From the IMG/VR virus record IMGVR_UViG_2061766007_004224: DNA of 64,000 nucleotides; one strand, 5' to 3'. The notes below the pieces were generated by a model. It was not told where the DNA came from and made no database searches. It saw only the letters and a program-made list of their open reading frames with translations. This DNA comes from an uncultured virus (IMG/VR IMGVR_UViG_2061766007_004224) (lineage: Duplodnaviria > Heunggongvirae > Uroviricota > Caudoviricetes). This document shows, piece by piece, positions 1 to 9,021 of the stretch; positions within the stretch are counted from its first letter, which is position 1, and each line of letters starts with the position of its first letter. A program made the translations under genes and the position numbers.

Positions 1-5
1 GAACT

Positions 6-323
6 TTGAAAGATGAAAAGAAAGCATATGAATTCTACCTCAAGGCGGCGAACTCGGGGGATTCAGAAGGCGCAAAAAATGTTGGAATAGCTCTGTTGAT
101 TGGTCTCGGTGTAACAAGAGACCCGGGCAAGGCGGCTGAATGGAATTTGAAAGCGGCACAAGCGGGAAATGCGCATGCACAGTTCAATTTAGCGAAACAG
201 TACCTATATGGAGATGGAGTCCGACGAGATTATGATCAAGCTTTCTATTGGCTCAAAGAATCAGCGTATCAAGGCCACCAGCAAGCCATTCAAACAATTA
301 AAGATCTGGGCATTGAGGTTTGA
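6..323 (+). CDS. Sel1/TPR-repeat protein, 5'-truncated by window edge (outside the prophage)
   Basis: Sel1 repeats, e.g. AQFNLAKQYLYGDGVRRDYDQAFYWLKESAYQG. Confidence 0.85.
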   Translation: MKDEKKAYEFYLKAANSGDSEGAKNVGIALLIGLGVTRDPGKAAEWNLKAAQAGNAHAQFNLAKQYLYGDGVRRDYDQAFYWLKESAYQGHQQAIQTIKDLGIEV

Positions 324-461
324 ATGGAATGGCACCTCTATTCTTTTCGAGCGCATCATTGGAGCAGTTGTCTTGTGTTTCTCCTTGTTATACGATACTC
401 CTGCTGGTGTACCGGATTGACCGGTTAAAGCAGATATGACAATCGCCTGAAATTTTGGTTT

Positions 462-507
462 TGTTGTTAATGGCGTTAACAACAATGTTGTTAATGATGT
501 TGTTAAT
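462..507. repeat. TGTTGTTAAT repeats, integrase arm-type-like sites
   Basis: Direct copies at 462-471, 486-495, 498-507; inverted GTTAACAACA at 475-484. Confidence 0.6.
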
Positions 508-546
508 TGCGCGAATCGGCGAAATTTGACCCCATGTAAAAACATG

Positions 547-584
547 AAAAACCCCTCGATTTCTGCATGAAACCAGGGGCTTTT
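547..584 (-). terminator. Intrinsic terminator-like hairpin downstream of the tRNA 3' half
   Basis: Minus strand AAAAGCCCCTGGTTTC-ATGCA-GAAATCGAGGGGTTTTT. Confidence 0.6.
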
Positions 585-586
585 GC

Positions 587-628
587 TCGAGGTGACGGGA
601 TTTGAACCCACGGCCTTTTGGTCCCGAA
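587..628 (-). tRNA. 3' half of tRNA-Pro(CGG), prophage att core (partial tRNA)
   Basis: Minus strand TTCGGGA (anticodon loop) CCAAA AGGCC GTGGG TTCAAAT CCCGT CACCTCGA; no D arm or 5' acceptor strand upstream; about 95 bp from integrase 3' end. Confidence 0.85.
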
Positions 629-689
629 GCAAACTTTCGGCCCCTCGAAAACCCTGTAAAATCAAGGCTTTCCGACTACAAGCCCTGCG

Positions 690-711
690 TTTTTACCACG
701 TTTTTACCACG
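690..711. repeat. Tandem TTTTTACCACG x2, putative arm-type site of this integrase
   Basis: Perfect 11-bp tandem repeat between att core and integrase stop. Confidence 0.6.
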
Positions 712-722
712 TCAGCCTAAGA

Positions 723-1946
723 TTAAGGCCCTTCGGGGCCTTTTTTCTCGTCTGGAGGAGACAATTTTAACCACCCATCAAGGAACCCTGTGAGCTGGCT
801 GTTGGTCGCCTTTTCCTTTTCCTGAGACAAGTGCGTGTACAGTTCCAGCGTCATGCGGATGTCTGCGTGTCCGAGATAATACTGCGCAGCCTTCGCCGGG
901 ATTCCTGCCTCAAAAAGCGCCGTTGCGAATGTGTGCCTCAGATCGTGCGCCCTGACGTTGAACAGGATATACGCTTCGCCGCGTTCCTCAGCTTCCTCGA
1001 TCTTCTTTTCGAGGCTCTTGCGTTTGCCTGCCTGCACCAACGGCTCTCCGTTCAAAAAGCGCTGCATCGCGGTATTAAATCCATCCCATCCGCGAAAGAA
1101 AGAGGATTCCGTCAACTGTAGTCCCTTCGACGATACGCAGATCAGCCCGTGTCTTTTCTCAGGAGGTGTATGATCCAGAGCATCCAAGAGTGGTTTGCAG
1201 ATCGGGAGGACCCGGATGCCAGCGGCGCTCTTTGCCCGTGCCTCTATCTTCGTGGCGCTCTTGTTGACGACGGCGACCTCGCAGACAGTAATTGTCCTTC
1301 GCTCCATGTTCACGTTTTCCCATCGAAGGCCCATCATCTCCCCACGACGTAGACCAGCCAGCAGCATAAGCATTGCCCAGATTCCGGCGCGGTGTTTCTG
1401 CCAGTTCTGGATGATGCAGTCTGTTTCCCATCGGTCAAGGGCGCGGTGCGTTCCCTTCGTTCCCTCTGGAATAATCAAGTCCGTTGCCGGGCTGGAAGCG
1501 ATGAGGTTGTTCTTCACTGCCCGCAGGAAAACCCGCTTTATCGCTTGCTGGTATTTGTCGATAGTGGATTCGCTCATGCCAGCAACCTGATTCAGAGCGT
1601 TCTGAAGATCAGCCTCGCGGACGGAAGAAAGCACCATATCGCCGACAGCCTCACAAAGACGATTGTACGGCACGTCGTCGATGTTCAGGTAGGCAGGATT
1701 CACTTTCGAGCGATAAATGGCCTTGAACTGCCTCACCCATTCCGCTACGGTGATGTCGTCCCCTGATAGGCGATGAGACCCACGAGACTTGTATTCTTCC
1801 CGCTTCCGCTCGGCCTCTGTGCGTGTTTTCCCGTAGAAAGAAATGCGGTTGGGCTTCCCGTCTTCACGGTAGCCGTCCGTGTACGTTACCTGAATCAGGC
1901 CGTCCTTCCGCTCTCCCCGCTTCTTTCGCGTTTTCTTTTCTTCCAT
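723..1946 (-). CDS. int: Tyrosine recombinase (phage integrase)
   Basis: GLRRGE, HDLRHT, LGHADIRMTLELYTH catalytic motifs; N-terminal FYGKTRTEA arm-binding region. Confidence 0.97.
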   Translation of the reverse strand: MEEKKTRKKRGERKDGLIQVTYTDGYREDGKPNRISFYGKTRTEAERKREEYKSRGSHRLSGDDITVAEWVRQFKAIYRSKVNPAYLNIDDVPYNRLCEAVGDMVLSSVREADLQNALNQVAGMSESTIDKYQQAIKRVFLRAVKNNLIASSPATDLIIPEGTKGTHRALDRWETDCIIQNWQKHRAGIWAMLMLLAGLRRGEMMGLRWENVNMERRTITVCEVAVVNKSATKIEARAKSAAGIRVLPICKPLLDALDHTPPEKRHGLICVSSKGLQLTESSFFRGWDGFNTAMQRFLNGEPLVQAGKRKSLEKKIEEAEERGEAYILFNVRAHDLRHTFATALFEAGIPAKAAQYYLGHADIRMTLELYTHLSQEKEKATNSQLTGFLDGWLKLSPPDEKKGPEGP

Positions 1947-1960
1947 ATTATATCACCTAT

Positions 1961-2097
1961 GCGAACAGATGTAGACAGACGTATGAATCTGTTTGCATTT
2001 GCAAACGGATTCACGCAGATTCTCCCGATATTCGATATTCGATATTCGTACTACCTTACGGTAGTAAGATATACGTTTTATTATATATTATATATAT
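1961..2097. repeat. Origin-like iteron block (CAGAT/ATCTGTTTGCA boxes, GATATTC x3, AT-rich tract)
   Basis: GATATTC tandem at 2027-2047; AT-rich 2071-2097; 32/36 identity to inverted copy at 61214-61249. Confidence 0.55.
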
Positions 2098-2217
2098 CCG
2101 AGAGTACGGGGAGAGATACTCATAGCTATACTATAAAGCATAGACAGATGGCGCGTGTCCAACGTCAACACGCGCTACTGTCTTTTTGATTTGCGGTAAT
2201 CATCGAGGGAAACGACA

Positions 2218-2949
2218 TCACGCGCTCGCGCCAGCCTTATCCCCCTGTTCAGAGATCACGCGCTGTTTCTGCTCAGTCGCAGTACCCAGCACAATCCTTC
2301 TGCCATCCTTGTCCAGCAGCGACCACATGGACAGCAGGTCATGTTCGTCATCGCTCAGGCGCATCTTGTCAAGGTCCATCCCTTCGGGTAGCACGCCGAC
2401 CATCTCATACAGCGAGCGAGAAAGAGCTGTTGCGTCTTCCCCCTCCATCTTTGCCTGCTTGTTGAAGTCATACGGGAACGAGGCGACCCAGCAGATCAGG
2501 TCGCGGAGCTGCCTGTGGAGTGCGCTGCTGGTGGACATGCTCAGTTCTTCGCAGGAAGCACCGGAAGACACAAGCCCCTTCCTGCCGTCGCTGTACATAT
2601 AGCGGACGAGAGTGTTTATGAGCGCCTTATACCGAAGAAGCAGTTCCCGCAGGTTTTCTTTCAGGATGGTCTTTTCATCCGTCGAGAAAATCCTCTCCTG
2701 CATCCAGCGATCAATCCCGACATTGTAGATCATGATAAGGTCGTCCACGTTCTTTACATCCGTCCGTCCGATGAGGTAGTCAACAGACACCCCGAAGAAG
2801 TCTGCGATTCGGCCCAGCACTTCGATGGACGGCTTCGCCCTGCCGACTTTCCAATCCGATACGTTACCCGTTGAAACGCCGATTGCGGTTGCCAGTTGCT
2901 TCTGAGAAACCCCCTTTTCTTCGAGGAGTTCAAGGATTCGAGCTATCAT
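2218..2949 (-). CDS. XRE/CI-like immunity repressor
   Basis: N-terminal HTH (SQKQLATAIGVSTGNVSDWK); divergent from Cro-like gene. Confidence 0.9.
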   Translation of the reverse strand: MIARILELLEEKGVSQKQLATAIGVSTGNVSDWKVGRAKPSIEVLGRIADFFGVSVDYLIGRTDVKNVDDLIMIYNVGIDRWMQERIFSTDEKTILKENLRELLLRYKALINTLVRYMYSDGRKGLVSSGASCEELSMSTSSALHRQLRDLICWVASFPYDFNKQAKMEGEDATALSRSLYEMVGVLPEGMDLDKMRLSDDEHDLLSMWSLLDKDGRRIVLGTATEQKQRVISEQGDKAGASA

Positions 2950-2993
2950 AAACCCACCTCCGAAAAATAATTCGTTAAATTCGAGATTACCCC

Positions 2994-3022
2994 TTTACAA
3001 TCTCGATAGTTCGTGCTAAGAT
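2994..3022 (+). promoter_or_regulatory. Rightward (lytic) sigma-A promoter
   Basis: TTTACA-17 bp-TAAGAT with TG extension. Confidence 0.7.
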
Positions 3023-3041
3023 TATTACAACGACCAATCAA

Positions 3042-3070
3042 ATTATAGCATTTGGCTGGCTCGAAAGCAA
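3042..3070 (-). promoter_or_regulatory. Leftward sigma-A promoter for repressor
   Basis: Minus strand TTGCTT-17 bp-TATAAT with TG extension. Confidence 0.7.
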
Positions 3071-3079
3071 GAGAGGAGG

Positions 3080-3316
3080 ATGAAAATGGCATATTTCGGG
3101 AAGCGAAAATGGCTCGAAGACATCCGATACCAGAAACGGTGGTCTCAGGCCCGTACAGCCGCCGAAGCCGATATCTCCCAGTCGATGTACTCGCGGATTG
3201 AGATGGGCTACAGCGAACCTTCTGAGGAACAGGCGACAGCGATTGCAGCGGCTCTGGGATTCGATGTCAGCCGTTTCGGGAAGGAAGACGCAGCGATGCG
3301 GGAGGCGGCAGTATGA
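3080..3316 (+). CDS. Cro-like HTH regulator
   Basis: SQARTAAEADISQSMYSRIEMG HTH; SD GAGGAGG. Confidence 0.9.
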   Translation: MKMAYFGKRKWLEDIRYQKRWSQARTAAEADISQSMYSRIEMGYSEPSEEQATAIAAALGFDVSRFGKEDAAMREAAV

Positions 3317-3774
3317 CGAAAAACTGCATCAGATCACGGCTGGAAGAATCCGGCATAACCCAGATCGAAGCCGCTGCCTGTCTGCCAGACGATGTAGGGC
3401 GTGTCGGAATGTCCTTCATCGTCACAGGAAAGGTGCTGCCGACCAAGAGCAGCCTCGAAGCGCTCTGTGGAATGTTCGACTGTACGCCATCTGACCTGTA
3501 CGACCCGGACGACATCAACCTGCTTGCAATCGGAGCTGATGCCATCGAGGAAACGGTCAGGTTCGACCCCGGCAACGTGTCACGGTCAGGCAGGCAGCAT
3601 GACGGAATGACAGAGCTGAGGGCATGGCTGCGGCCCTACGAGAAAGAGGCCCTTGCCAACGCGGTAGATGAACTCGGTTACAGAAGCATCGCTGAGTGGC
3701 TGCGCGAGATGATTCGGAACACTGTGGCCCGCAACAAGAGGCTTCAGGTCAAAGCCCCTGTGCGTCCAGTTTGA
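3313..3774 (+). CDS. HTH regulator with possible C-terminal ribbon-helix-helix
   Basis: ITQIEAAA...LCGMFDCTPSDLY; C-terminal LRAWLRPYEKEAL...GYRSIAEWLREMI. Confidence 0.7.
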   Translation: MTKNCIRSRLEESGITQIEAAACLPDDVGRVGMSFIVTGKVLPTKSSLEALCGMFDCTPSDLYDPDDINLLAIGADAIEETVRFDPGNVSRSGRQHDGMTELRAWLRPYEKEALANAVDELGYRSIAEWLREMIRNTVARNKRLQVKAPVRPV

Positions 3775-3834
3775 CCACACGGAATCAAACCATCCGAGCT
3801 GTGCTCAGTATAGCATCAACAGGAGTGAATTGAT

Positions 3835-4281
3835 ATGGCGGTGTTCGCAGGAATTGACCTCAAAAAGTGGCGAGAATCGCAGAAAATCAGCGCCGCAGAC
3901 CTCGCAGAGCGCATTTCCTGTGACGCAACCACGATCTACCGCTACGAGAGCGGTAAGCTGAAGCCGGACCCGGATGTGATGTACGAGCTGTGCGATGCAC
4001 TCGGCGATGTCGATGTCTGGACAACGTGGATGCGTACAACGTACCCGGCCAGCTACGGCAGAGTTCACCCGGAAATCCCACAGATGAGCTTCGAGGGAAA
4101 ACTTCTCTCGGCCTTCGCGGAGATCGAGGACGTGCTGAATCTCAGGAACGAAGCCATGAAGGACGGCGCGGACGGCAAGATCGACGACGACAGGCTCCGG
4201 TATCGGCTCTGGACAGAGTGCAACGAGGCAATCGGAGCCTTGCAGGGCTTGGCAAACTCACTCAGGAACAAGGGCGGTTGA
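3835..4281 (+). CDS. XRE-family HTH protein
   Basis: ISAADLAERISCDATTIYRYESG. Confidence 0.85.
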   Translation: MAVFAGIDLKKWRESQKISAADLAERISCDATTIYRYESGKLKPDPDVMYELCDALGDVDVWTTWMRTTYPASYGRVHPEIPQMSFEGKLLSAFAEIEDVLNLRNEAMKDGADGKIDDDRLRYRLWTECNEAIGALQGLANSLRNKGG

Positions 4282-4285
4282 GACT

Positions 4286-4525
4286 ATGGCTGAATGTCTC
4301 TACTACGATACGCAGGACATCATGGACCTGCTGAAGGTCGGGAAACACAAAGCCAATGAGATCATGCACATCTTCGAGGCCAGAGGCGAACTGTTCAAGC
4401 TCGGAAAGACAATGCGCGTCAGGAAGAGCTACTTCGACGCTTGGCTGGCCCGCATGGATGGCCCAGAGAAACGCAGAAAGATTCTCGACAATGAATTTCA
4501 GCGCACCAGCGCACGGAGGAAATGA
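4286..4525 (+). CDS. Putative excisionase / winged-HTH protein
   Basis: YDTQDIMDLLKVGKHKANEIM...KLGKTMRVRKSYFDAWL pattern; position in early operon. Confidence 0.65.
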   Translation: MAECLYYDTQDIMDLLKVGKHKANEIMHIFEARGELFKLGKTMRVRKSYFDAWLARMDGPEKRRKILDNEFQRTSARRK

Positions 4526-4526
4526 T

Positions 4527-4844
4527 ATGTTCGCCTACATACTCGTCTACGTTTTCGGAATCGGCACAGGGGCCGGGCTGCTGATCGCCAACAGGCGCAG
4601 CGTGGATAAGGCGGTCAACACCGAAAAAGTCCGCTCACAGCAGATCATCGACCGCTTACGCAAGGAGAACGATCAGGCTTGGCAGGAGCGCAACGAGCTA
4701 ATCCGGCAGCGCGACATCAACCGCGCTTATCACGAGGGCAGGAAGTCCCCGCTTTCCGAGGTTGAGAGGTTCGCTGAGACCCTTGAAAGCCACGGAGCAA
4801 AGTTCGTCAATACGAGCGCTAAGCCCTCAGGCAAAGCCGGATGA
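4527..4844 (+). CDS. Hypothetical membrane-anchored protein
   Basis: N-terminal hydrophobic segment then coiled coil; SD GGAGG. Confidence 0.65.
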   Translation: MFAYILVYVFGIGTGAGLLIANRRSVDKAVNTEKVRSQQIIDRLRKENDQAWQERNELIRQRDINRAYHEGRKSPLSEVERFAETLESHGAKFVNTSAKPSGKAG

Positions 4845-4875
4845 GACGTAAAATTCAGTATTTTCATCTGTTAGT

Positions 4876-4907
4876 CTATTGCAATTTATCTCATAATGTG
4901 GTATGAT
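4876..4907 (+). promoter_or_regulatory. Repeated promoter, copy 1
   Basis: TTGCAA-tttatctcataatgtgg-TATGAT. Confidence 0.8.
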
Positions 4908-4972
4908 AATAGTGATGGAACACAATTCCACCCCGTCAGAGTTCCGACATTACGAGATAGGGAGGTCACAAC

Positions 4973-6956
4973 ATGGAGGTCAAGATTCTGAAGTTGAAGA
5001 TGGCGAATTTCAAGGGCATACCCGCTCTGGAAATCGACATGGACGGCAACGACGTGGCAGTTTACGGTCAGAACGCCACGGGCAAGACGACGGTGTTTGA
5101 CGCTTTTACTTGGTGCCTGTTTGGGAAGGACAGCACGGACAAGTCCGACTTCTGGGTCAAGCCCCACGATGCGCACGGCGAGGAGATTCATAACCTCGAA
5201 ACGGTCGTGGAGACTTGGCTGCTGATCGACGGCAAGCTCCAGTCCTTCCGGCACATGGTCGCCGAGAATTGGGTCAAGAAGAACGGTGAGGCTGACCGCG
5301 TGTACTCCGGCAACACGCACAGCTATTGGGTCAACGATGTCAGCAAGTCAGCCGGAGAATACACAAAGACGGTCGGCCAGATTGTCAGCCCCGAAGTTTT
5401 CCGGCTCATCACCAACCCGATGGCCTTCAACGCCGTCAAGTGGGAAAAGCGCCGGGAGTTCCTTCTGAAGCTCAGTCCCGTAGACGTGGACCAGATCATG
5501 CTCGGAAAGACCGAGTATCAGCCCATCCGCGAGGCAATGGAGCAGCACGGCACAGACATCTACGGTGTCAAGAAGGTCAAGATGGAAGCCAAAAAGCGGG
5601 ACAATACCGAGATGGACCAGATTCCCGTCCGCATCTCCGAGCAGACCGCCACGCGGGACGCTCTTGGAGCCTGCGACGTGGAGGCCGCCAGAGCGGAGAT
5701 CACCTCCATTGACAGCCAGATCGAGCAGATCGAAGCCGCCATGAACAGCGGCGCGGAGATAATCGAGCAGATCAAGGCCAAAGCCGACGCTGTTGCTCAG
5801 GCAGAAAGCGCCCTGCGCAATGCGAAGATGGCCGAATACCGCGCCCGGACAGACGCGCACGGGAAGGCCAGTACGGAGCTTGCCACTGTCAAGGCCCGGC
5901 TGAAGAGCGCGAAGATCACGCTGGACGACATCGAGGTCCGCGCCCTCAGAGATCAGGAGGAGCTGGACAGGCTGAACGAACAGCTCGTCAGCACCCGCGA
6001 GGAATGGTACAGGGTGGACGATGAGAAAGCGCCTGAATACGAAGGCTCCACCACCTGCCCCACCTGCGGTCAGGAACTTCCGGCAGACCAGATCGAACAG
6101 GCGAAGGCCCGGTTCCTTCAGCGCTTCGAGGAGGATAAGACCCGCCGCCTCGACAGCATCAGCAAGCAGGGCCGCTCCATCTCCGACCAGATCAAACGTC
6201 TGGAGGAACGCATGAGCCGGGATAAGGTGGACACTGAAAAGCTCCGAGCCACAGTGGCGGNNNNNNNNNNNNNNNNNNNNNNNNNNNNNNNNNNNNNNGG
6301 TCGCAGCGCTGTCTGGGGAGCCTGATTACAGCCAGAGCAAGGTCATCCAGCAGTTTGAAGAAAAGCTCAAAGCGGCGAAAGAGGCATACGAACAGGCCAT
6401 GGACAGTCAGGCCCCTGCAGACGAAGCCCTCATCCAGAAGAAGCGCGACCTGATCGCCCGGAAGAACGAGCTGATGAAGGTCGAAGCAAAGAAGCAGCAG
6501 CTCGACATCTGCAATACCCGCATCGCCGAGCTGGAGAAGCGCCAGCAGGCACTGGGCGTTCAGATCGCCGACACAGAACAGTTCCTCATGCTGGTGGACA
6601 AGTTCGTGGCCGAGCGGTGCAGTCTCTTGGAAGAGAGCATCAATAGCCTGTTCCCGTCCGTCCGCTGGTCGCTGTTTGAGCGCCAGATCAACGGCGGCAT
6701 GAAGGACACCTGCATCTGCCTGATCGGTGGCGTTCAGTTCTCCGATGCGAACAACGCCGCCCGCATCAATGCTGGTCTGGAGATCATCTGTGTACTCAGC
6801 AAGCACTACGGTGTGACCGTCCCCGTGTTCATCGACAACGCCGAGGCGGTCAACAGCCTTCAGAAGATGGAAGCCCAGCGGATTGCGCTGGTAGTCACAA
6901 TGAACGACGAGACGCTGCGCGTGGAACGCGGCATTCCGAATGAGGAGGTAGCGTAA
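4973..6956 (+). CDS. SMC/Rad50-like ATPase (one gene split by N gap)
   Basis: Walker A GQNATGKTT, coiled coils, zinc hook CPTCGQ, C-terminal VFIDNAE. Confidence 0.85.
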
Positions 6957-7852
6957 TGAGCGAACAGAGAAACATGCTCGCGGAGCAGGAGGCGGCTCAG
7001 GTTCAGATGGGCGCTGACCCGATAGCCCAGAAAGACATCACGGACAGCGTTCTCCGCAAGGTCAACCAATTGGAGCAGTCGAAAACGATCAAGATGCCCG
7101 CTGGCTATAATCCGGGCAACGCCCTGAAAGCCGCGTGGCTGAAGCTCCAGACGGTCGTGGACAAGAACAAAAAGCCAGCTTTGGAGGTATGCACGCGGGT
7201 GTCCATTGCAAACTCCCTGTTTGACATGTGCATTCAGGGACTGACCCCGGCGAAGAATCAATGCTATTTCATCGTGCGCGGAAATGAGCTGACCCTCATG
7301 CGCTCGTACTTCGGCACGGCGGCGGTCCTTAAGCGGCTGAACGGTGTGGAAGATGTCTTCGCTCAGGTCGTTTACAAAGGCGACGTGTTCGAGTACATCA
7401 TCGACGGCGGCAATATCGTCGTCACGAAACACGAACAAAAGCTGGAGAACATCAACACCGATAACATCGTTGGCGCATACTGCGTGATCGTCAAGGATGG
7501 AAAGCCCCGCTGTGAGATCATGACCATGACCCAGATCAGGCAGGCGTGGACGCATACCACAAACGGCGGCGGCGTTCAGAAAGAGTACCCGGACCAGATG
7601 GCAAAGCGAACTGTCATCAATCGTGGCGCGAAGATGTATGTCAACACGTCCGATGACGCGGATGAGCTGATCGAATCCATCAACCGCAGCACCGAGAATG
7701 AGTACGATGACAGCCCGGTCGAGAACGGTGAACCTGTCACTCTGCCCGCAGCCACGGTCGCCCTCCCTGCATCCCAGGCAGCCATCGAGATTCCCGCTGA
7801 AAGCGTTGTTCAGGCTGAAGTCGTGGCCGAACGCAGAAAGCCGGGGTTCTGA
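6956..7852 (+). CDS. recT: RecT-family recombinase
   Basis: GLTPAKNQCYFI, RSYFG, AQVVYKGDVF, QMAKRTVINR. Confidence 0.92.
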   Translation: MSEQRNMLAEQEAAQVQMGADPIAQKDITDSVLRKVNQLEQSKTIKMPAGYNPGNALKAAWLKLQTVVDKNKKPALEVCTRVSIANSLFDMCIQGLTPAKNQCYFIVRGNELTLMRSYFGTAAVLKRLNGVEDVFAQVVYKGDVFEYIIDGGNIVVTKHEQKLENINTDNIVGAYCVIVKDGKPRCEIMTMTQIRQAWTHTTNGGGVQKEYPDQMAKRTVINRGAKMYVNTSDDADELIESINRSTENEYDDSPVENGEPVTLPAATVALPASQAAIEIPAESVVQAEVVAERRKPGF

Positions 7853-7853
7853 T

Positions 7854-8615
7854 ATGTGGCTCCGGGTGATCGGCACGGGAAGCAGCGGCAACGCATACCT
7901 GCTCCAGCAGGGCGATGATTCGCTACTGCTGGAAGCGGGGCTGAACTGGACGGCGATTCTCGGCGCTCTGCCTCACGGCCTGCATACAATCAGGGCCTGT
8001 CTGGTGACACACGAACACAAGGACCATTGTAAGTCTGTCAGCCAGATACTCAGATTCGGCATCGAGACCGTGATGAGCGCCGGAACGTGGGGCGAGATCA
8101 GGAAGACCGACAAACAGGCCAGTTTAACGCCTGTAAATCGGCTCAGGCTGGTCAAAGCGGGAGAGGCCATATACTTACCACCATTCACAGTGATGGGCGT
8201 ACAGGCCATGCACGACGCGGTAGAGCCGATGGCGTTCCTCATTCGGCATGACAAAACAGGCGAGACAGTCCTGTACGCCACTGATACCTACATGCTCCCG
8301 AACCGATACCCCGGCATCAATCACTGGCTGGTCGAGTGCAACTACACGATGGCGAAGGCTGAGGAACTGCTCGCCTCGCCAGAAAAAGCCCCGCTGTATG
8401 ACCGTTTGATGAAAAGCCACCTATCACTTGAAAGGCTGGTCGATGCGCTAAAGGCCAACGATCTGAGCCATACGCGCACAATCGTCCTCATCCATATCAG
8501 CAACGAGCGCGGAGATTCGCCGCTCATGCAGGAGACGATCAGGCGGGCAACTGGAATCCGCACCATCGCCGCGAAGAACGGCATGGATATAACACTTGGC
8601 GAGTGTCCATTTTGA
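7854..8615 (+). CDS. Metallo-beta-lactamase-fold nuclease
   Basis: GTGSSGNAYLL, THEHKDH, HDA, TDT, ECNY; usual RecT partner. Confidence 0.9.
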   Translation: MWLRVIGTGSSGNAYLLQQGDDSLLLEAGLNWTAILGALPHGLHTIRACLVTHEHKDHCKSVSQILRFGIETVMSAGTWGEIRKTDKQASLTPVNRLRLVKAGEAIYLPPFTVMGVQAMHDAVEPMAFLIRHDKTGETVLYATDTYMLPNRYPGINHWLVECNYTMAKAEELLASPEKAPLYDRLMKSHLSLERLVDALKANDLSHTRTIVLIHISNERGDSPLMQETIRRATGIRTIAAKNGMDITLGECPF

Positions 8616-8631
8616 GGAAAGGAGAAAACCA

Positions 8632-9009
8632 ATGGCAGAAAGACCGATCAAATCCCTTGACGATCTGATGGACGGCGGCGTAGCCGAGCGGTTCAATCAC
8701 GAGCTGGCGAAGGTCTGGGCGAACGTCTATGACCCGAACACCGATGCCCGGAAAGCCCGCGCCGTTGTCCTGACGGTGAAGGTCACGCCGAATGAGCGGC
8801 GCGATGCCTGCGACTTCCGCGTAAGCGTCCAGTCGAAGCTGGCTCCGCAGGTTGACCTCAGCCAGACCGTGATGATTACCCAGCGCGACGACGGCAGCGT
8901 CCTCGCGACAGAGCGCACCGATCAGCTTCCCGGTCAGCTCGACATCAACGGAGAGGAAGCCCCGATGCCCCGCACCATCTCGTTTATGAGAGCAGCAAAT
9001 CAGGAGTAA
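8632..9009 (+). CDS. Conserved phage replication-region protein
   Basis: GGVAERFNHELAKVWANVYDPNTD motif; good SD. Confidence 0.75.
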   Translation: MAERPIKSLDDLMDGGVAERFNHELAKVWANVYDPNTDARKARAVVLTVKVTPNERRDACDFRVSVQSKLAPQVDLSQTVMITQRDDGSVLATERTDQLPGQLDINGEEAPMPRTISFMRAANQE

Positions 9010-9021
9010 GGAGGAGAAACC

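Noticed and set aside
587..628. Intact tRNA-Pro gene
   Set aside because: Only the anticodon loop to 3' end is present; no D arm or 5' acceptor strand.
4973..6956. Apparent frameshifts or pseudogenes in the ATPase, tape measure, DUF2313 and 22.0-22.6 kb genes
   Set aside because: Each break coincides with an N gap of uncertain length; assembly artefact is the simpler explanation.
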